Shown here: piece by piece, positions 40,378 through 49,450 of the stretch
How positions within the stretch are numbered: the first letter of the stretch is position 1
How the letters are laid out: each line of letters starts with the position of its first letter
Assembly: GCA_963718895.1 (NCBI GenBank)
Contig: CAVRAG010000007.1
Location: 672,001 to 736,000 of the forward strand
Source of the DNA: an uncultured Nitrososphaerota archaeon
Lineage (GTDB): Archaea; Thermoproteota; Nitrososphaeria; Nitrososphaerales; Gagatemarchaeaceae
Reading direction: 5' to 3'
DNA: 64,000 nucleotides
Made by a program: the position numbers and the translations under genes
The notes under the pieces: model-generated
What the model was told of the DNA's origin: nothing
The model's input: only the letters and a program-made list of their open reading frames with translations
The model's database searches: none

Positions 40378-40463
40378 TGTGGCCGGGTCGTGCTAAGCTG
40401 CTCGGCTGATATATACGCGACGACTGATCCCTGCCGGAGAATAGGAGCCAGCCGAGATCAACC

Positions 40464-41782
40464 TTGAGATCCGTCTTCGTCCCGTGGGGAGTTGCACTCG
40501 GCGAGTCCGAGAGGCTGTTAGGCGACCTGTCTCGCTACACCAGGGTCGACGGCATAGAGCTGCTCGATTTCCAATCGCAGATCGAGAAGGCGAATTATGG
40601 GGCTGGGATTAGCCCAGCCCTGCGGGTCCTTTCCTCGAGCCAAGGACTGGGTCTAGAGCTTCCCGTGGTGGGGAGAGAGGAGTTCAAGTCGGCGCAGAGG
40701 TTCATGGGCGAAGCAAGGTCGAGGGGATTCAGGGTAACTTGCAACTTTGTGCCGATGTGGTCCGCTTCCGACAGCTTCGCGGGCGCTGCCCTGCTGGACG
40801 TCGCGGACAGGCGCCTGACCGGACCGGGCGACTTCCCCGTACACGGGTGTCCGAACAACCCGCACATACAAAGGTTCGGCGAGCATATGATGCGAGAGTT
40901 CGTTCGCGCGTGGCCCGACATGGAGATAATGGCCCTCAATCACCTCGAATATCCCTGGAGAATCAGGTGGACCAACCCGAAGATCGACGTTGGGAGCCTC
41001 TTCTCCTGCTTCTGCGAGGCGTGCGAACGGTCCGCCGAGGAGCAGGGCCTCGACTTCTCTCGGATGAAAGGCGAAGCGAAGTCTCTTCTCGCTACCCTGA
41101 CGAGGCGGTGGTCAGGGGGTGGAGGGGGCGCGCCGCTCACGGCAAACGCTGACGACGTTACCCACTTCTTCCTCGGGAGGCCTTACCTGGCCGAATGGCT
41201 GCGTTTCAGGATGGATTCCATGACCAGGTACAGCCGCGCGCTGATAGCGGCGGGCCGGGAGGCTGCCGGCGAGCACAATCCGAAGTTGAGGTTCGGGATG
41301 GAGTTCCAGCTCCCGTCACTCAGCCCCATCCTGGGGACAGATTACCTCGCCCTCTCCTCCGACCTGGACCTGATAATCCCGAAGTTCCCCGATTACCTTC
41401 CCGGATCCGTCATCCCTTTGTTTGCGAAGGAGGTCGCCGCCCGGGTCGGTCTTGATGAGGGCGCGCTTCTCAGGTTCATCAGAGAAGCGTTCGACCTCGG
41501 GCCGGGCCCCAGAAGATACACGGCCTACGGCGAGCCGAAGCACATCCTTCTCTACTCGAACGCCTACGACTACTCGATATTCGCCCGCCAGATGAAGTAC
41601 CTGCAGCCCCTAATCGGCAAAGTACCGATCCAGCCCTACATCTGGGAGAACAACAACGACTCGAAGGGCCTCAGGAGGAAGATAGAGGCACTCGCTAGCT
41701 CGGGCTTCGACGACTTCTTCCTCTGGAGCTGGGGGACGGCATCTCCAGCGAACACCTCAGGGCGCTGCAAGGCATACTTTGA
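40464..41782 (+). CDS. Hypothetical glycoside-hydrolase-like protein (paralog B), frameshift near 41733
   Basis: Collinear with 8860-10188; adding one base restores ...DGISSEHLRALQGIL*, matching EGIKTEHLRALKDIL* of paralog A. Confidence 0.78.
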
Positions 41783-41910
41783 CCGCCCAGAGAGCCCCCT
41801 TCCTCCACGAGCCGAAATTCCCTGCCCCGCCGTCAAAACTTCCATGGACGAGGGCCAAGACCTTTAAGCCGAATAGGCCCTCGGTGAGATCGAATATCGG
41901 GGAAGGTGAC

Positions 41911-42354
41911 TTGGCAGGAGACAGTGAGAGCAAGGGTGGCAGGGAGCTCAAGGGGAACACTCTGCGAGTCTACCTACACCTGCTCAGGCATGGGCCGTCC
42001 GAGCTCCGCGACGTCCAGAGGACCTTGGGCTTCTCGACTCCGTCCCTCGCCTCGTACCACCTAAACAGGCTCATTGAAGCCGGCTACGCGGCCCAGAACC
42101 CGGCAGGGCAGTACTACTCGGTCAAGGACCTTTCTGGACAGATCCTTGAGGGATACACGAAGATAGGTCCAACCCTCGTGCCCCAGCTTACCTTCTTCGC
42201 GGTCCTCTTCACCGTGTTGATCTCGTACTTCGGCTTCAAATCCCTCGGCGATTCCAGATATGTCGCACCCCTGGTCCTGACATCACTTGGCCTCGTGGCG
42301 GTGGTCTGGTACGAGACTGCGAGAGTGTGGCGAAGGCTGACCGCTTGGAGGTAG
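41911..42354 (+). CDS. Membrane-anchored winged-helix transcription regulator
   Basis: LKGNTLRVYLHLL..RDVQRTLGFSTPSLASYHLNRL, followed by two TM segments. Confidence 0.85.
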   Translation: MAGDSESKGGRELKGNTLRVYLHLLRHGPSELRDVQRTLGFSTPSLASYHLNRLIEAGYAAQNPAGQYYSVKDLSGQILEGYTKIGPTLVPQLTFFAVLFTVLISYFGFKSLGDSRYVAPLVLTSLGLVAVVWYETARVWRRLTAWR

Positions 42355-42403
42355 AGGACGGGTCCGCACAACTTCCACTGGGCTAAGGTCAGAGGCGTCC
42401 TGC

Positions 42404-42420
42404 TTTCAAGACTCTTGAAA
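42404..42420. promoter_or_regulatory. Perfect palindrome TTTCAAGA-C-TCTTGAAA
   Basis: Between the wHTH-TM gene and the DUF4382 gene; a further TTCAAGA follows at 42426. Confidence 0.7.
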
Positions 42421-42478
42421 GGATCTTCAAGAATGAAGGATTATCTCCCCTGCCTCCCGAATGGGAAACCGAGGAACA

Positions 42479-43788
42479 ATGTCCGCAGGAAGAAAGACCC
42501 TAGGCTACTCGGTCCTGGCCGTCGTAGTAGCAGCGGTCATCATCGTCGGAACGATGACGTACTTTACAAGCCCCCACACCAACAGCTCTTCCCAGAACGC
42601 GGGCCAGTCGGTCCTAGCGATCCAGCTGACCGACCCTCCTCAGTTCCCCCAGGCACGAGTTCGCTCAACCTGACGTACACGTCGGTGAACGTCCTCGTCG
42701 GTGAACCGGCCTCGGGCGGCCAGCTGACGACCACCTCGGTATCCTTGAGCCCCTCCGGAGGCTCCGCCACGGTCGACCTGCTGAAGCTCCAGAATGTGTC
42801 ACAGACCATTGCGTCGACGAGCGTGCCGACCGGCTCGACCGTCTACTCGGTCGGTTTCACGGTCCAGAGCGTCTCCATCAGTATCAACGGCACGGTCTAT
42901 CCCGTGACGCTCGCCGTTGGCGGAGCCGACCTGGGCGTGACCCTGGCGAACCCGACGGCGCTGGTCGCAAACAGCTCAGTCCTCCTGGAGCTCAACCCCG
43001 TGGTCGCAGATACTCCGACCGGCTATCAGATGATACCCTCGATGGTCGGGATCCTCAGGCTGCCCTCAGAATACCAGCAGGGGGACAATGGCGTGGGCAC
43101 ACAACAGCAGGTGGGCCAGGGTGACAACCAGGAGCTTGACCTCGCAGCGGCCCAGATATCCGCGCGACTCGTATCGCTATCCGTCTCCGGAAACACGACG
43201 AACTTGATGGTCCAAGTCAACAACACCGGAGACCTTCCGGTCACCCTGGTCGCGATAGGGGTTCACGGCAATTTCACGTCTCAGGGTGGGTGTCCCGGCA
43301 AGATGGGGCAGGACGGGAATGGCAACGGCAACGGTAATGATAACGGCAAAGGGAGCCGGGGCAAAGGCAATGGCGACTCGGCGCACTCGTGCGGCGCCAG
43401 CCATAACGAGGTTGTGTTTAGCCCGATAGTTCCTGCGGCAGCGAAGTCAAGCACGTCGTCGACCACGACCGCCGCCGGATCGGCCGTGTCCAGCAGCTCC
43501 GGAGCAACGACCTGCTCCTCCGGGAACCTGGCGCTCGCGAGCGGCAACGGAGACGATGAGGAAAGTCAGGGTAGCCTCGTCCTTTCTCCTGGGAAGTGCA
43601 TCGACCTGACCTTCTCAGGTCAGATAACGTTCGGGCAGTCGGCCCCAATCGTCCCCTCAACGCAGGCAGGACAGAGCTACACGGTCCACGTCATCGCCTC
43701 CAATGACGGCGAGATCATGCTGGGCTGCACCCTTCCACTCACGGCGGCCGCGTGTACGGTCGTAACGGGGCAAGGTCACTCCAAGTAG
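42479..43788 (+). CDS. DUF4382-like surface protein, frameshift near 42643
   Basis: N-terminal TM and LAIQLTDPP motif joining VPPGTSSLNLTY; VDLLKL; Gly/Asn-rich insert. Confidence 0.75.
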
Positions 43789-43958
43789 ACTTTCTAGCGC
43801 AGCCCTGTGATGCACGGTTGATGGAAGCATCCTCTGTCTTCCGTCGGTAGGCCGACCCTGTCAACCATGCTCCTTGATCGAGGACGATCTGCTCGGCTGC
43901 CCCATTGGAGCGCCGCGGTTGCCTGAGCGCGCTATCTCTTCAAGGTGTGGGAGACAGT

Positions 43959-44870
43959 CTAGCTGTACTTGTTCTGCCGGAGCCAAGAGTGTATTGCGAG
44001 AGATGCTATCGCTTCCATCGTCGTGCTCCTCTCCTCTGCCGCCCTCTTCAGGCCATCGGCGACGCGGGGATCCAGCACAAGCTCGAGCTTGGTCGCGCGA
44101 AGCGTCTCGGCCTCTTTCTTGATCTCCTCCATCGGCTTCTGCGGGGCCGTGACGAAGCGTTCAACGACCCTCTGGGCCTCGGGCCGAGGGAGCTCTGCGA
44201 TCGCATCAGCCAGGGCTGAAAGCCTCTTTGCGCGCTTCTCTTCAGGGAGCCGCTGGACCATGGGCGCCTCCTCGGCTTTGTGCAGGAACGCGGCATGCTT
44301 GATCGGCAGGACGCCTTCCTTCCTCTCCTCCTTTGTGGGCGATTGCTTGACGGCGATGGACGACCCCTTCGTCGCCCTCCGAATCATCTTGACCGTCTGA
44401 ACCCCGGCGATCCGGTCCTCGACGTACTGCCGCGACTTGCCGAGCACTCTGGCGAGCTGGTCGGTCGTGGAATAGAGGGCGGGATTGAGCCTCTTGAGCT
44501 TCATCAGGGCTTCGTACTCCTCCTCGGGCTCCACATCCCTGCGCTGGATGTTCTCCACCAGCGAGATGATCAGGGCGTCCTCGTCCGCCAACGGCTTCAC
44601 GACTGCGGGGACCTTGTCCATGCCCAGCCGCTTGGCCGCCTCGAACCTCCTGGACCCCACGATCAGCTCGTAGCGACCGTCGACGGGCCTGACCAACAGG
44701 GGCTCGAGTATGCCCTGCTCACCGATCGACTGCATGAGCTCTCCCACCTCACCGGGGCTCCTTCTCACGTTCACCCCGCTGACGAACACCTTCGACGTCT
44801 GTATCTGCAGGAGGACCGGCACCCGCCCCGGGTCCCTGTTCCCGCCGCCTGGAAGGGGCTTTTCGCTCAA
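43959..44870 (-). CDS. parB: ParB/Spo0J family protein with a C-terminal ribbon-helix-helix-like domain
   Basis: SIGEQGILEPLLVR, GSRRFEA, ENIQR and an HTH (LARVLGKSRQYV). Confidence 0.88.
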   Translation of the reverse strand: MSEKPLPGGGNRDPGRVPVLLQIQTSKVFVSGVNVRRSPGEVGELMQSIGEQGILEPLLVRPVDGRYELIVGSRRFEAAKRLGMDKVPAVVKPLADEDALIISLVENIQRRDVEPEEEYEALMKLKRLNPALYSTTDQLARVLGKSRQYVEDRIAGVQTVKMIRRATKGSSIAVKQSPTKEERKEGVLPIKHAAFLHKAEEAPMVQRLPEEKRAKRLSALADAIAELPRPEAQRVVERFVTAPQKPMEEIKKEAETLRATKLELVLDPRVADGLKRAAEERSTTMEAIASLAIHSWLRQNKYS

Positions 44871-44961
44871 GGTTTCATCGACCGTTCGATTCTCGGGGGG
44901 TTAAAAATCATCCTCAGGAGCGAGAGCGGCGTTCAAACAGGGTATCATCGGTGTTACCCAC

Positions 44962-45221
44962 ATGGCGAAGGGGAAGGGCAGGATGGTGAGGACAACGATA
45001 ACCCTCCCCTCTCACTGAAGCAGAGGATGTCAAGCGTCGACGCCAACTGGAGCGAGGCGCTCAGGGAGATGATCACTCAGAGGCTCGAGGAGCAGGAGGG
45101 GCGCCAGCCTGACATGGCGGAGGCGGTGATACTCAACGAGAAGGTCGAGCGCCAGGGTCCGAAGGGATGGAACAGTATCGAGGAGATCAAACTGTGGAGA
45201 GGACAGAGGAAGGGCTTGTAG
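44962..45221 (+). CDS. VapB-like (RHH) antitoxin, frameshift in a C-run near 45008
   Basis: MAKGKGRMVRTTITLP / SLKQRMSSVDANWSEALREMI...NSIEEIKLWR; overlaps a PIN-domain start. Confidence 0.7.
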
Positions 45222-45430
45222 TCGACTCCTCGGTCGTCACGAAGTGGGTCATGACCGAGGACGGCTCGAAAGAGCGGTCGACGCGAGGAATGGCTTCACA
45301 ACACGGCTGATAGAACTGGCTGTCCGATGCTGCTCTCCTACGAAGTGCTTGACGGATTCGAGAGGCGACCGCATGATTCAATTGATGCGATTCTCGCCCA
45401 ATCAAACATGTGGGGGACGCGTCCACGGTC
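45194..45430 (+). pseudogene. Decayed VapC/PIN toxin
   Basis: LVVDSSVVTKWVMTEDGS, then shifted fragments LIELAV / LLSYEVL; the C-terminal half is missing. Confidence 0.7.
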
Positions 45431-45498
45431 AACGAATCATGAGAACAGGGCCGGGGCCTAGGTGCTCCTAGAGGATTATATTCCCGAGACGAGGTGAC

Positions 45499-46197
45499 GT
45501 GGGTATGCCGAAGAAGAAGACCTTCGTCCTAGTGCCGGGCGCCTGGCTAGGGTCGTGGGCTTGGCGGCGGGTCGCTCCGCTGCTCGAGCGCGGCGGGAGC
45601 GCGGTCTATCCCCTGACGCTCACTGGGATGGGTGACAGGGTCCATCTAGCGACGCCCCAGGTCGGGCTCGAGACGGCGGTACAGGACGTCATCAACGCCA
45701 TCGTCTACGAGGATCTCGAGGATGTGGTGCTGGCCGGACACAGCTTCGCGGGTAAGGTCGTCGCCGCCGTGGCGGACAGGATGCCGGAGCGCATAGGAAC
45801 CCTGCTCTTCGTGGACGCCTACAGGCCTGCCAACGTGCGGACGCCACAGGGAGACTTCAGCGCAGAGGGTTGGCCGACGCTCGGGGAGCCCTGGAGAATC
45901 CCGCTCACCGAGGAAATCCTTGGAAGCATCGGAAAGGATCTTCAGGGCGCAGACCGGGAATGGATGATGTCCAAGGTCACCCCCTGGCTCATGCGATACG
46001 CGGCCGACCCGGTTACGTTGTCGGGGAAATGTGATTCGGTGAAGAAGGCGTACATCCTTTGCACAGGCGGCGGTGACAACGTGGAGGCAATCCTGAAGGA
46101 GGGGCTGGATGGAGAGCACCGGGTCCTCGAGTCGGGCCACTGGCCGATGATCACGAAGCCAGCTGAGCTGGCGCGGGCGATGCTGGAGCTAGTCTGA
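45499..46197 (+). CDS. Alpha/beta hydrolase (esterase)
   Basis: VLVPGAW, GHSFAG nucleophile elbow and SGHWPM. Confidence 0.92.
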   Translation: MGMPKKKTFVLVPGAWLGSWAWRRVAPLLERGGSAVYPLTLTGMGDRVHLATPQVGLETAVQDVINAIVYEDLEDVVLAGHSFAGKVVAAVADRMPERIGTLLFVDAYRPANVRTPQGDFSAEGWPTLGEPWRIPLTEEILGSIGKDLQGADREWMMSKVTPWLMRYAADPVTLSGKCDSVKKAYILCTGGGDNVEAILKEGLDGEHRVLESGHWPMITKPAELARAMLELV

Positions 46198-46295
46198 GCT
46201 GGGGCGCGGATCGTCGGCACCTCGCTGGCGTCGCAAGGAAATCCTGCCCGAGTAGCATCGATCCATTCCTGAATACTGGAGACTCCGGAGCATCG

Positions 46296-47216
46296 ATGAC
46301 GACCAAGACCGCAAAGGACGCCACCGCCACACGCTCGAGGCTAGTGGCGTACGGCCTGCTCGTTTCACTGAGTCTCATCTGGGGGTTTGGATTCGTCGCA
46401 ATCCGGGTGGCGGACTTCGGACTCTCGCCCATTTCCCTCGCCCTGCTCAGGTGGCTCATCGCGAGCGCCGGGTTCCTAGTGGTGCTACCATTCACAAAGC
46501 CCAAGGCAAGGTTCGAGAAGCGGGACCTGCCGAGTTTGCTTGTGGTAGCCCTCGCAAACATCGCGGGCTACAACATCTCCCTGAACTACGCCGAGAAATC
46601 TATCTCGTCCGGGCTCGCCGGGATCCTCGTCTCACTTGGTCCGGTGTTCATGGTCCTGCTGTCATCGTTCACGCTGAGGGAGAAGATAGGAAAGAGGCTC
46701 ATCCTAGCTTTGGTCCTGGCGCTGGTCGGCTCCGTCCTTCTTTCCCTGAGCGACATCGGCGTGAACGGCTCGGTAATCTCTGGTTCGGCTGAAGCCGTTC
46801 TCGCCGCGCTCTTCTACGCCGTGTTCACGGTCGCCTCCAAACCGCTCGTGGAAAAATACGGGGCGCTTCGGGTGGTCATCTGGGGGTCGGTTCTCGGGAC
46901 GGCGTTCCTCGTTCCATTCGCGTCGGGCGACTTCGTCGGCCAAGTCTCCAGGCTCTCCTCCGAAGGTTGGTTCGCGCTCCTGTACCTCTCGATCATGAGC
47001 TCCGTCGTCGGGTACTCGGTGTACTACACGATGGTGGGCAGGGGCACCGTCTCATCGCTCTCTGTGCAGCTCTACCTGATTCCAGTAGTCAGCGTAGTCG
47101 GCGGCGTTCTCATACTTCAGGAGCAAGTGACAGCCCTCATCGTGCTGGGCGCCGCCGTGACCCTCCTCGCCATCGCCCTCTCCAGGAAGAATGACCGCGA
47201 CATGCGGAGGTACTGA
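46296..47216 (+). CDS. DMT/EamA family transporter
   Basis: Ten TM segments; LIWG and LREKI motifs. Confidence 0.92.
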   Translation: MTTKTAKDATATRSRLVAYGLLVSLSLIWGFGFVAIRVADFGLSPISLALLRWLIASAGFLVVLPFTKPKARFEKRDLPSLLVVALANIAGYNISLNYAEKSISSGLAGILVSLGPVFMVLLSSFTLREKIGKRLILALVLALVGSVLLSLSDIGVNGSVISGSAEAVLAALFYAVFTVASKPLVEKYGALRVVIWGSVLGTAFLVPFASGDFVGQVSRLSSEGWFALLYLSIMSSVVGYSVYYTMVGRGTVSSLSVQLYLIPVVSVVGGVLILQEQVTALIVLGAAVTLLAIALSRKNDRDMRRY

Positions 47217-47462
47217 AGCTTCCGCTCGACCAGAACTGATCATTTTGGCCGGCTCATCGATTGCAGAAGGAAGGCGATGAAGGCGGCATCGGCTCTCCGC
47301 GCCCCCCTGCTCCTCCCAGGGAAGCCAGGAGCTATTATGACCACGTGCCGGTTGGTGAATACATGGCTGAAATTCTGGAATTGCCGAGACCTTCTGGTCG
47401 AGGGTGACGATTCGCGTCGAATGCCGGATTGGCGTCACCGGCTAGCACGGTCCAAGGAAGGT

Positions 47463-48020
47463 TCAGTAGATCATGAGCTTCTTTTCCTCGAGCATCACGT
47501 GTAGGTTGTTGACGGCCCTGTAGACCTCGCTCTCCCTCTTTGCACCGGTGCAGACTAGCTTCCCGGATGCGAAGAGGAGTATCACGGTCTTTGGGTCAGG
47601 CATCCTGTGGATCAGCCCGGGGAACTGCTCAGGCTCGTACATCGATTTTGGCAGCTGCCTTGCCGCTTCTTCAAGGTGAATCTTCCCTCCGAGGTTTGCC
47701 GATGCCACGATGTTCTGTATCACTATCTCCGCCTCATTCTTGATGGGGATGCCGCCCTTCTTCAACCTCCTGACGACCTCCTGCACGGCCTTTCTCGACT
47801 GTTCCTCCGATTTTGCACCCGTACAGACCATCTTCCCTGAACTGAAGATCAGCGTTGCCGTTTTTGGAGTCTTCAGCCTGAAGACGAGTCCAGGGAACTG
47901 GTCGGGATGGTACTCTACATCGACAAAGTTCTTGGTTATCAGGTTCAAATCCACCCTCTGGTTTATCGAGGCCGAAGCTACGACATTTTCGATGCTTACA
48001 ATCGCTTTTGTTTGGGGCAT
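47463..48020 (-). CDS. tbp: TATA-box binding protein
   Basis: Two TBP repeats: ENVVAS..YHPDQFPGL..SGKMVCTG and QNIVAS..YEPEQFPGL..SGKLVCTG. Confidence 0.98.
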   Translation of the reverse strand: MPQTKAIVSIENVVASASINQRVDLNLITKNFVDVEYHPDQFPGLVFRLKTPKTATLIFSSGKMVCTGAKSEEQSRKAVQEVVRRLKKGGIPIKNEAEIVIQNIVASANLGGKIHLEEAARQLPKSMYEPEQFPGLIHRMPDPKTVILLFASGKLVCTGAKRESEVYRAVNNLHVMLEEKKLMIY

Positions 48021-48040
48021 TGAGAAGGATGAAGGTTCCG

Positions 48041-48059
48041 CTTTATATAGTATATAAAG
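48041..48059. promoter_or_regulatory. Palindromic double TATA box of the tbp promoter
   Basis: CTTTATATA-G-TATATAAAG, 21-39 nt upstream of the tbp ATG. Confidence 0.75.
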
Positions 48060-48089
48060 GAACCCGGCAAGCGCCAGGCCTGCGGCAAA

Positions 48090-48380
48090 TCACCGAATCT
48101 GGCTCTTCTGTGATCCGGAGAGTCTGCTTGGCCTGCCTTCCTGTCTCAGTAGAGCCTCATGCTTCTCACACGGTGAAACACTCTCTGAGGCTGTGAGCCC
48201 GACGCTGAGAGCATAAGACCTGATACAGCCACAGTCGAAATGGTACAGGTGTGACCTTCCCCTGATCTCATCACTGAGTACGCTCTGACCAGCGAGAAGA
48301 AGCTGGGCGTGGATGTAATTGGTGTCTCCTTTCCTGGCTCTCCTCGCCAGCGATAGCTTCCTATCCTGTTGCCATGTCAT
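48090..48380 (-). CDS. Small hypothetical protein with Cys/His motifs
   Basis: YHFDCGC...PCEKH. Confidence 0.5.
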   Translation of the reverse strand: MTWQQDRKLSLARRARKGDTNYIHAQLLLAGQSVLSDEIRGRSHLYHFDCGCIRSYALSVGLTASESVSPCEKHEALLRQEGRPSRLSGSQKSQIR

Positions 48381-48623
48381 CTTTCGTCTCCCTCCCCAAC
48401 CAGCCTAATTCCTCGTGAGCTCCACAACGTTCGCATGCTTTGTGCGTCGCGTCTCGCTCTCTTAAATAGGAGGGGGTCCGTGGAACAGCAAGAGTTCCGG
48501 GTCTTGTCATCTTCATCGCCAGAGCCATAACGGGAAGACACTTGAAAATCAACTTCACCGAGGATGGAGACAGAACCCTAAACGACGAGTTGGTCTCAAC
48601 CCGAGAAGGGAGCCCGAATTAGC

Positions 48624-48953
48624 TTGCGGGATCCTGAGGCTGTTAGGATTCATCGCACAGGCGCGATAAGGCAACATCTTGGTTCAAGAGGGTACCTGGA
48701 ATTTCTCGATGAAAGATTGGGATTCTCGAATGGAACCCTCTTCAATCTCTGTCTGGCGGCGGCAAAGTCGAAGGGGAGGACCGGGACCAAGAACGGGGTC
48801 AAGGTGACATACCGGGGAGAGAGCGAACGTGAGATGCGAACGACTTCTCATCACACCGCTCCGGTGCACAAGACGATATTCCTGATCGAGTACAGGATCA
48901 TGAAGTCAGGGGAGCCGATGGACCGCGTGATTCAGGTCCATCTGGAAAAGTAG
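48624..48953 (+). CDS. Hypothetical protein
   Basis: Best ORF in the gap; no recognised motif. Confidence 0.45.
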   Translation: MRDPEAVRIHRTGAIRQHLGSRGYLEFLDERLGFSNGTLFNLCLAAAKSKGRTGTKNGVKVTYRGESEREMRTTSHHTAPVHKTIFLIEYRIMKSGEPMDRVIQVHLEK

Positions 48954-49023
48954 CGGACTCCGCTGACTCTGACCGTGCCCTGTCCTCCTCTTCGGCCGCA
49001 CTAGGGAGTAAGCCCCGGGAGCC

Positions 49024-49185
49024 CTAGCTCTTCGATCTGTTGTTCTCTCGCTGTTCGGACTTGTGAAGCCGGTTCAGCTCGGCAATCTTCTCTTTGTACT
49101 CTTTTTTCTTCTTCTTATTTCCCTGCGCTCGCGCTTGGTCGTAGAGCTTCCTCAGGCGCTCTTCTTCTGACGCATGATCGGACAA
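49024..49185 (-). CDS. Small charged helical protein (53 aa)
   Basis: Manual translation from TTG: MSDHASEEERLRKLYDQARAQGNKKKKKEYKEKIAELNRLHKSEQRENNRSKS. Confidence 0.5.
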   Translation of the reverse strand: MSDHASEEERLRKLYDQARAQGNKKKKKEYKEKIAELNRLHKSEQRENNRSKS

Positions 49186-49450
49186 CTACGCCTGCGAGGG
49201 CATAGCGCCCTAATTATTGCTTTCAACAACGGTTCGCGAGGCCACCCTCTTCCGGAAGTCGACCCCGCCTGTCGCCTTGCATCGTCGTCCTCACATTCCT
49301 CGACGGGTGGGGGACAGACAGGCATCCTAAGCTTGGCCGCGACCTCCTCCGTCTGGTGCTCGTCCCAAGTATGGTCCTCTTGCGATGCGCCCAAGGTTCC
49401 CGATACGCAGTTCGGGGGCCAAACCGCAGCCGGAATGACGCCTCGAAAGG

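Noticed and set aside
47230-47440. Possible DUF5615/PIN-like relic (RIVTLDQK) downstream of tbp
   Set aside because: Only one short motif; too weak to call without a search
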